Shown one piece after another: positions 1-10,646 of a stretch of DNA of 64,000 nucleotides. The DNA is from Halarcobacter sp. (GTDB taxonomy: Bacteria; Campylobacterota; Campylobacteria; Campylobacterales; Arcobacteraceae). The translations under genes were made by a program, and so were the position numbers. The notes below the pieces were generated by a model. That model was not told where the DNA came from, did not search any database, and worked only from the letters and a program-made list of their open reading frames with translations. Position 1 is the first letter of the stretch. Every line of letters begins with the position of its first letter. The stretch covers positions 576,001 to 640,000 of the forward strand of contig OY781089.1 in assembly GCA_963676565.1 (NCBI GenBank), given 5' to 3'.

Positions 1-1338
1 TTAACTGAACCAAATATGCTTTTACTAGATGAGCCTACAAACTACTTGGATATCCTTTCTATTAGATGGTTAAAAGCATTTTTAAAATCTTTCCAAGGTG
101 AAGTTATACTTATCACCCACGATAGAGAGTTTATGGATTCAGTTTGTACTCATACCCTTGGAATTATTAGAAGAAGTGCTTTTATGATTCAGGGTGGTAC
201 TAGAAAATTTTATGAGCAATTAATGGCAAATGAAGAACACCATGAAAAACAAAAAATTGCTCAAGAGAAAAAAATAAAAGACCTTGAAGAGTTTATTGCT
301 AAAAATAAAGCAAGAGCGGCAACTGCAACACTAGCTCAATCAAAGGTTAAAATCCTAGAAAAAATGGAAGTTTTAGAAGATTTAGATTATGCTGCAAACC
401 TTGATTTTGATTTTAACTACAAAGATACTGCAGCAAAATTTTTAGTTGAAGTAAAAGACTTAAGTTTTGGATATGAAAAAGATAAAATTTTATTTGAAAA
501 TATCACTTTCGCCCTTTCAAAGGGTGAAACAGTAGGAATTATAGGTAAAAATGGTAAAGGTAAATCAACATTACTAAATACTATTGCAGGTGAATTGCAA
601 CAATTAACTGGATCTGTTGATTTTCATCCATCATGTACTTTTGGACACTTTGGTCAAACAAATATCTCACATTTAAATCAAGATAACACTGTAATGGATG
701 AGATTTATAGTGTAAATAACAAACTTGGCGAAGCTACTGTTAGAGCAATTTGCGGACTTATGATGTTTAGTGGTGACAATGCTAAGAAAAAAATCTCACT
801 TTTATCAGGGGGAGAAAAATCTAGAGTTATGCTTGGTAAAATCATTGCTCAAGATGTAAACTTACTATTTTTAGATGAGCCTACAAACCACTTAGATATT
901 GATTCTATTGATGCACTTACAAATGCAATTAAAGCTTTTCCTGGTTCTTGTATTATTGTAACTCACTCAGAAGAGTTATTAAGAGCTACTTGCGATAGAT
1001 TGATTGTATTTACAAACAATGGGGCTGATTATTTCAATGGAACTTATGATGAGTTTTTAGAAAAAATTGGTTGGGACGATGATGACAGTGTAGAGGAAAA
1101 GAAAAAACCTGCTAAACCAAAAAGAAACAAAAAAGAGATTAGAAAATTAAGATCTATAATCGTAGCTGAAAAATCAAAAGAAATATCACCTATAAAAAAA
1201 GAGATTGAGGCTTTAGAACAAGAACTTGAAACTTTAAATGGGAACGAAAAAGTAAAAAAAGAATCACAACTTCTAGATTTACAAATAAAATTAGAAGAGC
1301 TAAATGAACTTTATCAAAAAAGAATGGATGAAGTTTAA
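1..1338 (+). CDS. ABC-F family ATP-binding protein (5' end lies outside the window)
   Basis: Two ABC cassettes (LLLDEPTNYLD; GKNGKGKST, LSGGE, LFLDEPTNHLD), charged linker, no TM segments; frame is open to position 1. Confidence 0.9.
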   Translation, partial: LTEPNMLLLDEPTNYLDILSIRWLKAFLKSFQGEVILITHDREFMDSVCTHTLGIIRRSAFMIQGGTRKFYEQLMANEEHHEKQKIAQEKKIKDLEEFIAKNKARAATATLAQSKVKILEKMEVLEDLDYAANLDFDFNYKDTAAKFLVEVKDLSFGYEKDKILFENITFALSKGETVGIIGKNGKGKSTLLNTIAGELQQLTGSVDFHPSCTFGHFGQTNISHLNQDNTVMDEIYSVNNKLGEATVRAICGLMMFSGDNAKKKISLLSGGEKSRVMLGKIIAQDVNLLFLDEPTNHLDIDSIDALTNAIKAFPGSCIIVTHSEELLRATCDRLIVFTNNGADYFNGTYDEFLEKIGWDDDDSVEEKKKPAKPKRNKKEIRKLRSIIVAEKSKEISPIKKEIEALEQELETLNGNEKVKKESQLLDLQIKLEELNELYQKRMDEV

Positions 1339-1418
1339 TATAATTTTAATAATTATAAATTTATTTATTTTTCCAAACTATGATATAATTTAATTTTTTA
1401 CACAAAAAAGGATATTAC

Positions 1419-2282
1419 ATGAAATTTACTAAATTATTTTTCCTTTTATTTTTTTCAATAAATATTTTATTTGCTTCAAATAAAGATATCCCAACAATAG
1501 TTTCAAAAGATTGGTTAAAATCAAATTTTAATGACCCAAATTTAGTAATTGTTGATTTAAGAACAAGTGAAGATTATAAACAGCTTCATATAAAAAATGC
1601 AGTTAATGTTCCTGGATTAAAATCTTTGTTTGATGATAAATTTTTTATGCCAAAATTAGATTTTTTAAAAGAGTTATTTAGTAATGCAGGAATTGATAGT
1701 AATAGTAAAGTCCTTGCCTATGATAATGGAGATTTTATATGGGCCGCAAGATTTTATTGGATTTTAGAGACTTTAGGACATAAAGAAGTAGGTATTTTTA
1801 AATATGGTTTTACGAAAGATACAAAACTAGATATTCCAACTTCAAATAAAATAGTAAAACCTACTAGAAAAGAGTTTGTTCCAAGAATAGATAATAGTAA
1901 AATTGAGACAAAACTTGGAACATTAATGTCAATTGGAAATAAAACTATTATTGATGGAAGAAAAGAGTCTCATTATCAAGGAAAAGAATCTACTGCTAAG
2001 AGATTTGGACATATTCCAAGTGCCCAAAATTATGCTTGTACTCAAAATTATCAAGTTACCGAAAATGGAAATGTAATGAAAGATATATCGCAGTTAAAAG
2101 AGGTATATAAAAATATTCCAAAAGAAAAAGAGATAATTTTATATTGTGATGGTGGAGCTGAAGCTGCATTGAATTTTATAGTTTTAGAAGAGTTGGGATA
2201 TAAAGCTTCTGTTTATGATGGATCATGGACAGAGTGGGGAAATGATTTAGAAGTACCAATACAAAACCCATCTAAAGAATGA
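1419..2282 (+). CDS. Tandem-domain rhodanese/sulfurtransferase with N-terminal signal peptide
   Basis: VDLR..HIKNA, GHIPSA, LYCDGG active-site loop, YDGSWTEW signature; hydrophobic N-terminus. Confidence 0.85.
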   Translation: MKFTKLFFLLFFSINILFASNKDIPTIVSKDWLKSNFNDPNLVIVDLRTSEDYKQLHIKNAVNVPGLKSLFDDKFFMPKLDFLKELFSNAGIDSNSKVLAYDNGDFIWAARFYWILETLGHKEVGIFKYGFTKDTKLDIPTSNKIVKPTRKEFVPRIDNSKIETKLGTLMSIGNKTIIDGRKESHYQGKESTAKRFGHIPSAQNYACTQNYQVTENGNVMKDISQLKEVYKNIPKEKEIILYCDGGAEAALNFIVLEELGYKASVYDGSWTEWGNDLEVPIQNPSKE

Positions 2283-2283
2283 T

Positions 2284-4095
2284 ATGAAATCCTTACCAAA
2301 CTATAATGGTTCCATAAAAAAAAGATTAATTTTTATTATAATGTCAGTTACATTGTTAACTGCACTAATAGGTTATGGAAGTTTTGTATATTGGTATATG
2401 CAAAATCAATATGAGCAAAAAATTGAACTTTCTAAAACAGTTAGTTTGGTTTTGGCTCAAGATTTTGCTAAATTAATTTTACTAAATGATGTATCCGCAG
2501 CTGCTGATATTAGTGATTCTTTAAAATCTTTCTCTACTTTAGAGTCAATGGTTTTATATAAATTAGATAAGAAACCAATTCTTCAATACAATAAAGATGG
2601 TAAGAGTTTAAATCTTAAAACCCTACCAGAAATAGAATTAGATAAGCTATTTTTAGATGGAAATATATTAAAACTTTATAGTGATGCAGTGTATAAAAAT
2701 AGTAAATTAGGTACTGTAAAATATGAATTTCAAGCACAAACTCTCTTTGATGTTATTAAAAAGAACCTTTCAACTCTAATAATTATTTTGTCATCAATGT
2801 TTTTAATTTCATATTTCCTTACACTCTATTTTGCAAAAAAATTTACTGATCCGATTTTAAACCTTGTTAAATTTTTAGAAAAAATTGAATTAAAAGATAG
2901 TTATAAAAAAAGAATTAAAACAAAAGAAAAAAATGAGTATGGAATTTTATATGAAGAAGTAAATCAAATGCTTCAAAGAATAGAAGACTCCTATAACGTT
3001 TTAAAAATTGCAGCAGTTACTTTTGAAACCCAAAATGGAATAACAATTACCGATAAAGATCAAAAAATTCTTTTAGTAAATAAAGCCTTTACTAAAATCA
3101 CTGGTTATGAAGCTTCTGAAGTAAAAGGTCTAACCCCCAAAATTTTACAATCTGGTTTACATGATAAAAAATTTTATAATGAGATGAGAAACTCATTAAA
3201 AGAGAAAAATATTTGGGTAGGAGAAATTACTAATAAACATAAAGATGGAACTATTGTTAATGAGCATTTAACAATACAGTCTATCTTAGATAATAAAGGT
3301 GAAGTTATTTATTATGTTGCCTCATTTTTGGATATAACATTACAAAAAGAGATGGAGTTTAAACTAAAAGAAAAAGAGAGTCAATTAATTCAAAAGTCTA
3401 AAATGGCTGCTATGGGAGAGATGCTAGAAAATATTGCCCACCAATGGAGACAACCTCTTTCAGTTATTTCAGCAGCTGCTACAGGAATTTTATTAAAAAA
3501 ATTATTACACTTAGAAATTGATGAAAAAGAGCATATTGAAAGCTTAGAGAAAATTAATAGTACAGTTCAATATATGTCAAATACAATTAACGACTTTAGA
3601 GATTTCTTCAAAGAAGATAAATATGTAACTTTTTTTAATTTAAAAAATAGTTATGAAAGAGTTTTAAGCTTGATTGGTTCAAAATTAAAATCCATAGATA
3701 TAGAATTAATTGAAAATTTAAATGATATAAATATATCAGGAATAGAAAATGAGTTTACTCAAGTTTTGATGAACATTCTCTCAAATGCAAAAGATGCTTT
3801 AAATGAATGTGAAAATAGAAAATTAATATTTGTTGATATATTTGAAGAATCTAATAAAGCCATAATTACAATAAAAGATAATGCAGGTGGAATACCTAAA
3901 GATTTAATAGAAAATGTATTTGAACCCTATTTTACTACAAAAGGGAATGAAGGTACAGGAATAGGACTTCATATGTCAAAAGATATAATTAATAATCATA
4001 TGAATGGTAATCTAAGTGTAGAAAATGAAAAATATACTTTTGAAGGTATAGAGTATATAGGTGCTAAATTTATTATAAAACTTCCAATTTCTTAA
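2284..4095 (+). CDS. Sensor histidine kinase (2 TM, HAMP, PAS, HisKA, HATPase)
   Basis: VNKAFTKITGY PAS motif, ENIAHQWRQPL H-box, NAKDA, DNAGG, GTGIGL. Confidence 0.9.
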   Translation: MKSLPNYNGSIKKRLIFIIMSVTLLTALIGYGSFVYWYMQNQYEQKIELSKTVSLVLAQDFAKLILLNDVSAAADISDSLKSFSTLESMVLYKLDKKPILQYNKDGKSLNLKTLPEIELDKLFLDGNILKLYSDAVYKNSKLGTVKYEFQAQTLFDVIKKNLSTLIIILSSMFLISYFLTLYFAKKFTDPILNLVKFLEKIELKDSYKKRIKTKEKNEYGILYEEVNQMLQRIEDSYNVLKIAAVTFETQNGITITDKDQKILLVNKAFTKITGYEASEVKGLTPKILQSGLHDKKFYNEMRNSLKEKNIWVGEITNKHKDGTIVNEHLTIQSILDNKGEVIYYVASFLDITLQKEMEFKLKEKESQLIQKSKMAAMGEMLENIAHQWRQPLSVISAAATGILLKKLLHLEIDEKEHIESLEKINSTVQYMSNTINDFRDFFKEDKYVTFFNLKNSYERVLSLIGSKLKSIDIELIENLNDINISGIENEFTQVLMNILSNAKDALNECENRKLIFVDIFEESNKAIITIKDNAGGIPKDLIENVFEPYFTTKGNEGTGIGLHMSKDIINNHMNGNLSVENEKYTFEGIEYIGAKFIIKLPIS

Positions 4096-4198
4096 AATAT
4101 AACTACGAAAAATAAAAATCATTACATTTTGACATTAAATTAAAACAAATAAATTTTTTATTCTATACTTTCAATATAAAGCAATAAAGGCAAATAAA

Positions 4199-4591
4199 TT
4201 GAAAACATGTGGAATAGAATTAAAATCAAATGTAGCATCATTAGTTGTTTTAGAAGATGATGAATATATAGACTTAAAAATAAAAAAAATCACTTTAGAA
4301 AATGATGAAAATCAAGAAGATATTAGAAAATTTTGTAATGAGTTTTTACTTTTTTTAGAACAAAATCTAATTGATAAAGTAGTTATCAAAAAAAGAGCAA
4401 AAAAAGGAAATTTTGCAGGTGGAGTAGTTACCTTTAAAATGGAGGGTTTAATTCAATTAAACCCTTTATGTGAAGTTGAACTTATATCTGCTCAAACTAT
4501 ATCTTCCTTTGAAAAAAAGAATACAATTGAGAAACCAAGTGAGTTAAAAAAGTATCAAGAGCAGGCTTTTTTAGCTGCCCTTGCTTCTTAA
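4199..4591 (+). CDS. DUF3010-family protein
   Basis: MKxCGIELKS start and KKRAKKGNFAGG..FKMEGLIQL motif; TTG start after AAGG. Confidence 0.7.
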   Translation: MKTCGIELKSNVASLVVLEDDEYIDLKIKKITLENDENQEDIRKFCNEFLLFLEQNLIDKVVIKKRAKKGNFAGGVVTFKMEGLIQLNPLCEVELISAQTISSFEKKNTIEKPSELKKYQEQAFLAALAS

Positions 4592-4601
4592 TTTTAAGAA
4601 T

Positions 4602-5315
4602 TTATTTTAAAAATTGAATTACTAGTGGAAGTAAAATAGCTGTAAAAATACCACAAAGCCCCATGGCAAGTGCTGAAAAAGCTGCAGCTTTTTCTCCCAT
4701 TTCAACTGCTCTTGCAGTTCCAATTCCATGGGAAATAAGACCAAGTGCAAAACCCTTTGAAGTATCATGTTTAATATTTATAATTTTAAATATAAGATTT
4801 CCTAAAAGTGCCCCAATGATTCCTGTTATTATCACAAAGCCTACTGCAAGGGAAGGAATAGCCCCAATTTGTTCTGAAGTTATAATCGCAATTGGTGCAG
4901 TAATTGACTTAGTTGCCATGGATAAAATAGTCGCCATATTTGCATCAAGTAAATAAAGCAGTCCTAGAGCTATTACAATTGAAAAAGAGCCCGCAATGAA
5001 TAAAGTTAAGACAATAGGTATAAAAAGGCTTTTTATATGCTTTAAATTATTATATAAAGGCAATGCCAAAGCAACAGTTGCAGGACCAAGAAAAAAATGT
5101 ATAATTTCAACACCTTTAAAATACTCTTCATAGGATTTACCACTTATTATTAGTGTACTCATAATAATTGCATATGCTATTATGATTGGTTGAAGTAAGG
5201 TATGTTTATTAAATTTTTCATAAATGATTATTCCTATTTTATAAGCACCTAAAGTTAAAATAAGCCATAAAAGTGGTGTGTTTGTTATATATTCATATAA
5301 TGCTTCAAAATTCAT
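4602..5315 (-). CDS. LrgB/CidB family membrane protein
   Basis: LGPATVALALPLY, KSITAPIA, SHGIGTARA. Confidence 0.9.
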   Translation of the reverse strand: MNFEALYEYITNTPLLWLILTLGAYKIGIIIYEKFNKHTLLQPIIIAYAIIMSTLIISGKSYEEYFKGVEIIHFFLGPATVALALPLYNNLKHIKSLFIPIVLTLFIAGSFSIVIALGLLYLLDANMATILSMATKSITAPIAIITSEQIGAIPSLAVGFVIITGIIGALLGNLIFKIINIKHDTSKGFALGLISHGIGTARAVEMGEKAAAFSALAMGLCGIFTAILLPLVIQFLK

Positions 5316-5668
5316 TTTTTATTCTTCTTTATTTTTCTAATTGTTAAAATATCAATAAACTTTGCACTAAATGCCAAAGCAATTATTGTTCCTACTAAAA
5401 GTGAAATAGTTATAGCCCAAAACTCTTTTGAGATTATATCTGCTTGTGTAACTATCCCCATCGCTGCAGGTATAAATAAAAGTGGTAAATATCTTAGATG
5501 TAAAAATACTGCATTATCTAAAGATTCAAAGCTTGATTTTTTTATCATTAAAAATAGAAGTAATAAAAGCATACCAATTACAGGGCCTGGAACAATTAGT
5601 CCAAAAAGTTTTACAAAACACTCCCCTAGAAATTGAAATACTAGGAGAGTAATAATTCCTTTTAACAT
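5312..5668 (-). CDS. CidA/LrgA family protein
   Basis: VPGPVIGM, LLFIPAAMG; overlaps the LrgB gene by 4 nt. Confidence 0.9.
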   Translation of the reverse strand: MLKGIITLLVFQFLGECFVKLFGLIVPGPVIGMLLLLLFLMIKKSSFESLDNAVFLHLRYLPLLFIPAAMGIVTQADIISKEFWAITISLLVGTIIALAFSAKFIDILTIRKIKKNKK

Positions 5669-5673
5669 CTAAT

Positions 5674-6525
5674 TTAATCTTTAAATAGTTGGTAAATAGA
5701 ACAAAAATCCTCTTCACCTTTTCCATCTTTTTTCATTTTTCCAAATAGCTCTTTTGGAACAGCAGCAGAATATAGCGGTTGATTTAAGCTATAAGCTAAA
5801 TCTTGTAAAGTGTGTAAATCTTTATAAATTGCATTATTTGAAAAGTGTGCAGAAAAATCTTCTTCAATCAATTTTTGAGTTTTTGCTTTTAAAACTAGTG
5901 ATTGACCACCACCAACTCCAAGGATTTCAAGTAGTTTTGGTTTATCAATATCACACAATTCACCTAAAGCTGTACACTCAGCAATAGTTGCCATAAATGA
6001 ACCTAAGCATAGGTTATTAATAAGTTTCATTTTTGAAGCTTTACCTGGCTCTTTTAGATAGAAAATCTCTTTTCCTATTTTTTCTAAATATGGTTTACAC
6101 AAGTCATATGTTTCTTTCTTCCCTGAAGTAACTATTGTAACTAAACCTTGAAGTGCAGGAGCAACACTACCAAAAATAGGTGATTCTAAATAATCCCCAC
6201 CCTTTTCATCTATTAGTTGATGGAAAGATAAAACTTGTTCATAATGATTTGTTGTTAAATCAATAATTGTTTTTCCCTCTAAATCAGCGCTTAATAATCC
6301 ATCTTCCATTTTCAAAATATTTTCAACTGCACTTGATTCAAATAAACACATAAATACAACATCACATTTTTCAATTAATTCTTTTGGAGAATCTATAATT
6401 TCATAACCTAAATCTTCAACTTTTGATTTAGTTCTATTATAAACTTTTAGTTCTTCACCCATATCAGTTAGTCTACTTGCAATAGCTTGACCTAAATTTC
6501 CTAATCCAATAAATCCTAGTGCCAT
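5674..6525 (-). CDS. NAD(P)-dependent oxidoreductase, 3-hydroxyisobutyrate/beta-hydroxyacid dehydrogenase family
   Basis: GFIGLGNLG Rossmann motif, KMKLINN catalytic Lys; start moved to the ATG at 6525, which has an AAAGGA SD. Confidence 0.85.
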   Translation of the reverse strand: MALGFIGLGNLGQAIASRLTDMGEELKVYNRTKSKVEDLGYEIIDSPKELIEKCDVVFMCLFESSAVENILKMEDGLLSADLEGKTIIDLTTNHYEQVLSFHQLIDEKGGDYLESPIFGSVAPALQGLVTIVTSGKKETYDLCKPYLEKIGKEIFYLKEPGKASKMKLINNLCLGSFMATIAECTALGELCDIDKPKLLEILGVGGGQSLVLKAKTQKLIEEDFSAHFSNNAIYKDLHTLQDLAYSLNQPLYSAAVPKELFGKMKKDGKGEEDFCSIYQLFKD

Positions 6526-6678
6526 AGTAATCCTTTTTTGCAAATTATAGTAAAATTTTTTTAAAGCCTCCTAATAATATTGTTGATTACACTATGGTTT
6601 TTAGCTATGTAGAGACTTTATGAAGAGTAAATTAATGATATAATAAAAGCTTAAAAATATATATTGGGGTAAAACCAT

Positions 6679-8115
6679 ATGAGGCTAGTATTAACAATAA
6701 ACTATTATTTAAAAAAAGGTGGATTAAAATTAAAATTTATTGGATTTACTATTGCTTTAACGGTTATAACGGTTTTTATATTAAGCTTTATAATTATTCA
6801 ATTAATGAGTAAAACAATTGAAAAAAAAGCTTTTGAAGTAGCTAGTAGTTCTATTACACATATTGCAAACTCTTCAAGATTAGCCCTTTTAGAAAGAAAC
6901 TATGAAAATAAAATCAATCTTAGTGAAACTATAAAAGTATTAAAAAATTCAAAAATTGAAGGTTTTTTGGATATTTCAATTTATGAAAATGATAAAAATA
7001 AATTTTTATATCTAAGTGGTTATAAAAAATATTCAAAACCAAAGTATTTAGAGGATACTAAGCTTATTAAAACTCTAACAGATACAAAACCAAAGTTATT
7101 AGTTGAGGAAAAAGAACTTTTAATAAATGGTGAGATGACTAGTGTTTATCAGTTTGCAAGTCCTGTTTTTTTTAAATATAAGGGGAAAGATATTCTTTTA
7201 GGGGTTGTTATTTTATTGTATGATAAAAATACGATTTATTCAGTAATTAATAAAGCTATAGAGGCATCTTTAATTATTACTTTTTTTATAGTGTTGATTT
7301 CTGTTTTTCTAGCATATTTGATGGGTGACAAACTAACAAAACCTATATTAAATATCTCGGATGGTGCTTTAAGTGTAGCTAGAGGTAATCTTGACATAAA
7401 TTTAAAAATAGATTCCAATGATGAGTTGGGAATATTAGCTAGAAGCTTTAACAATATGGTTGATGGTTTAAGGCAAAGGGAAAAAATGGAAAAATTTGTT
7501 TCCACTTCAACTATAGATATGATACAAAAGGATAGTAAGGCTAAATTGATTTTAGGTGGTGAGTATAGAACTATCACTTTACTTTTTTCTGATATTAGAG
7601 GATTTACCTCAATGAGTGAAAGAAAAAAACCCGATGAAGTTGTAGAGATAATAAATTTTTATTTAAATCTTCAATCTGAGATTATTAAGGAAAATGGTGG
7701 AGATATAGATAAGTTCGTTGGTGATGAAGTGATGGCATCATTTAGTGGTGAGGATAGTTTACAAAGGGCAATAGCTTGTGCTGTAGAGATTCAAAACACT
7801 ATTTTTAAAAGTAATGAAATTCGTTTAAAAGAAAACAATACTATCTGTAATGTAGGTATTGGTATAAACAAAGGTGAAGTTATTGTTGGAAATATTGGTT
7901 CAACTGATAGAATGGATTTTACATCTATTGGATCAACTGTTAATGTGGCTTCAAGATTGTGTTCATATGCAAAGGAAAATGATATTGTAGTTGGACAAAT
8001 TTTAGATGAATCTTTTAAGAAAATGTATACTATTGAAGAAGAGAAATCAGTTTTATTAAAAGGGATTAATAAAGGATTGGATATAAGTTATATAAAGAGT
8101 TTGGAGCTTAATTAA
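6679..8115 (+). CDS. Membrane-bound class III adenylate cyclase (2 TM, HAMP)
   Basis: FSDIRGFT, DKFVGDEVM, FTSIGSTVNVASRL. Confidence 0.9.
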   Translation: MRLVLTINYYLKKGGLKLKFIGFTIALTVITVFILSFIIIQLMSKTIEKKAFEVASSSITHIANSSRLALLERNYENKINLSETIKVLKNSKIEGFLDISIYENDKNKFLYLSGYKKYSKPKYLEDTKLIKTLTDTKPKLLVEEKELLINGEMTSVYQFASPVFFKYKGKDILLGVVILLYDKNTIYSVINKAIEASLIITFFIVLISVFLAYLMGDKLTKPILNISDGALSVARGNLDINLKIDSNDELGILARSFNNMVDGLRQREKMEKFVSTSTIDMIQKDSKAKLILGGEYRTITLLFSDIRGFTSMSERKKPDEVVEIINFYLNLQSEIIKENGGDIDKFVGDEVMASFSGEDSLQRAIACAVEIQNTIFKSNEIRLKENNTICNVGIGINKGEVIVGNIGSTDRMDFTSIGSTVNVASRLCSYAKENDIVVGQILDESFKKMYTIEEEKSVLLKGINKGLDISYIKSLELN

Positions 8116-9078
8116 ATGAAAAAATATTTAATATTTTTTATAGTTTTATTTATATTTACTGGATGTAGTGAAAAAAATTTCAAGTTTGGAATAAATGAAC
8201 ACTTAATATATCAAAAGGTTTTAAATGATGTATTATATTATAGAAGCTATGGAAATGAGACCTATAAACAAGGCTTTTATAAAGAAACAGCAGAAGCTTA
8301 TAAAAAAGTAAATATTTATGATGGTAAAGAGACCTATCCAAATGAATATATAAAAAATCTTGAAAATAAAGCTAAGATAAAAGGTGAATACTATTATAAC
8401 TTAGCCCTTTTAGCAATTAATAAAAACAAAGATAAAATCAAAGCTATGGTTTTTTTAAATAAGATGAGATGTAATAATTCTACAAAAGCTGGAGAAAAGC
8501 AATTTAAAATTTTAAAAGAAGATGAAGAAGTAAAAAATTTTTTATTAGAAAAAGAAAAACAGGTTAAAAATGCTATTCATAACTATGAAAGATCAGTCAA
8601 AAGTATAGTAGAATTAAAAAAAGCTGTTGATGAACTAGCAAAATATGATTATTTTAGTGAAGTTGCTATGGAAGCAAGAGATATAATAAAAAATGATTTT
8701 AGCTATTTAGTCAATGATGCAGTTAAAATATATGAAAAAGCAGAATATGAAAAAGCAAGGCTATATTTTCTTTCTTTGCATCAAGTTTATATGAATAATA
8801 GGACAATTACAAAATATTTGAACTTAATTAGTTCAAAAAAAATTATTAAAAAACCATCAAATATCAAAAAAAATGAGGATTTACCTAAAGAAGTAAATGA
8901 AATTGATATCTCTAAAGATTTAAAAGAAGCAATAGCTTTTTATGATAAAAAGGATTTAATCAACGCAAGAAAAAAGTTTAAAAAAATATTATCAACAGAG
9001 CCAAATCATAAAGTAGCCTTGGTGTATATAAAAAAAATTGATCAACAACTTAAGACTCTAAAAAAGCTTCAAAAATAA
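8116..9078 (+). CDS. Putative TPR-repeat lipoprotein
   Basis: Lipobox FTGC; helical repeats (A..Y.K..Y.KA, ILSTEPNH..A..Y); starts immediately after the cyclase stop codon. Confidence 0.6.
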   Translation: MKKYLIFFIVLFIFTGCSEKNFKFGINEHLIYQKVLNDVLYYRSYGNETYKQGFYKETAEAYKKVNIYDGKETYPNEYIKNLENKAKIKGEYYYNLALLAINKNKDKIKAMVFLNKMRCNNSTKAGEKQFKILKEDEEVKNFLLEKEKQVKNAIHNYERSVKSIVELKKAVDELAKYDYFSEVAMEARDIIKNDFSYLVNDAVKIYEKAEYEKARLYFLSLHQVYMNNRTITKYLNLISSKKIIKKPSNIKKNEDLPKEVNEIDISKDLKEAIAFYDKKDLINARKKFKKILSTEPNHKVALVYIKKIDQQLKTLKKLQK

Positions 9079-9080
9079 AA

Positions 9081-9716
9081 TTAGAGCAATATAGTATTAT
9101 AAATAATTGAAAACCCTATTATAAGAAGTACTATTCCTGAACCTTTTTCTATATGGTTTGAATATCTTTCCATAAACTTACGGCTTTTTGAGTTACTTAC
9201 AAGGTAAACTATAAATATATCCCAAAAAAGAACCGCTAAAAACATCCAAAGGGCATAAAAACTTTGGATAAAAAATGGTGTATGGTTTTGTATTGAAATA
9301 GAAAACATAGTGAAATAAAAAATTGAATTTTTTGGGTTTAAAATTGCTGATAAGAATCCCATACTAAAATATTTGAAAATATCTTTTCTATTTTTTTCTT
9401 TTTCTATTTTTTCATCAAAGAGTTTTCTTTTTTTTGCACTTAAAAGTAAATATCCAATATAAAGAAGATATAAAGAGCCTAAAATTTTCATAGAAGAAAA
9501 AATAAATTCATTATCTTTGATTAAAGTTATTCCAAATAAAGCTAACAAAATATAGACTAGATTTGCAAAGGCGATTCCAATTGAAGTTATAACTCCAGAA
9601 GCTCTCCCATGTTTTGAAGAGTTTGTAAGTATTAAGAAAAAATCAACACCTGGACTTAAAAGTGCAACAAAGTGGGCTAAGGCTAATGATAAAAAACTAA
9701 TTAAATAAATTTCCAT
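9081..9716 (-). CDS. LysE/RhtB family exporter
   Basis: LSPGVDF, LGSLYLLYIG, LNPKNSIFY. Confidence 0.9.
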   Translation of the reverse strand: MEIYLISFLSLALAHFVALLSPGVDFFLILTNSSKHGRASGVITSIGIAFANLVYILLALFGITLIKDNEFIFSSMKILGSLYLLYIGYLLLSAKKRKLFDEKIEKEKNRKDIFKYFSMGFLSAILNPKNSIFYFTMFSISIQNHTPFFIQSFYALWMFLAVLFWDIFIVYLVSNSKSRKFMERYSNHIEKGSGIVLLIIGFSIIYNTILL

Positions 9717-9742
9717 AAGTTATTATAGAAATTTATGAAAAT

Positions 9743-10573
9743 TTATTCTTGTATAAAATTGACTTTGAAATTATCTTGATAAGATTTTGGAGTTGTTGCA
9801 ACAATTTTTAAAAAATTTCTATGAAAGTGGCTTTGGTCACTAAAACCACATTCTAAAGCAGTATCAACAATACTTAAACCTTTTTTTAAAAGCTCTTTTG
9901 CCCTATTGATTTTTATATTTAGTAAATAAGCATGGGGAGTCATATTTATATTCGATTTAAAAAGTCTAATTATATAAAAAGGATTTAGATTAAATTGTGA
10001 AGATAATTCTTCAAGGGAAATATTCTCTTTATAATTTTTATTTAAAAAATCTAAAATTTTATCAAAAAGTGGGTCTTCAACTTTTGTTGCTGATTTATTT
10101 AGATGTTTTCCAAAAAGTTTAGTAAAAAAGTTTATAAGCTCATCCTCTTTTTCAATGTAGTCAATATCGCTAAAAATATTCTCACATAAAGTTTTAAATT
10201 TATTATAAAGATTTATATCGTAAATAATATTTTCAGGAAAAGCTTTAAAGGCACTTATTTCCTCACAAATTGAGTTTTGAATACCTGTACACCACTTTTC
10301 ATCTAAATAGAGCATATAATACAAATTTGGAGTTTTTTTTATTGGGTTGCATGAGTGTACTTCATTTGGATTCACTACTGCAATCATCCCTACATCAAAA
10401 TCATATTTTTTATCTTTGTTTGTATATATTGACTTATCTTCTAAATTTATCCCTAAAGAGAAAGTATCATGGATATGCTCTTTATAGTGTTTTGTATTAT
10501 TTGAATATCTGAGTTCCAAAAATGGTAGTTTTTCATGGGTAAATATTTTTGTAAATGTATTATTAGATTTCAT
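9743..10573 (-). CDS. AraC family transcriptional regulator
   Basis: HIHDTFS cupin motif, C-terminal ALECGFSDQSHFHRNF; start at the ATG at 10573, 6 nt after TATAAT (uncertain). Confidence 0.85.
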   Translation of the reverse strand: MKSNNTFTKIFTHEKLPFLELRYSNNTKHYKEHIHDTFSLGINLEDKSIYTNKDKKYDFDVGMIAVVNPNEVHSCNPIKKTPNLYYMLYLDEKWCTGIQNSICEEISAFKAFPENIIYDINLYNKFKTLCENIFSDIDYIEKEDELINFFTKLFGKHLNKSATKVEDPLFDKILDFLNKNYKENISLEELSSQFNLNPFYIIRLFKSNINMTPHAYLLNIKINRAKELLKKGLSIVDTALECGFSDQSHFHRNFLKIVATTPKSYQDNFKVNFIQE

Positions 10574-10646
10574 TTTTAGATTATAAACCAATAATATAAA
10601 AAAATAGATTATGATAAAATATCAAAATTAATTTTTAGGCATTTAT

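Noticed and set aside
4602..5668. CidA/LrgA-LrgB as a phage lysis cassette
   Set aside because: No phage context; an ordinary chromosomal pair next to a hydroxyacid dehydrogenase.
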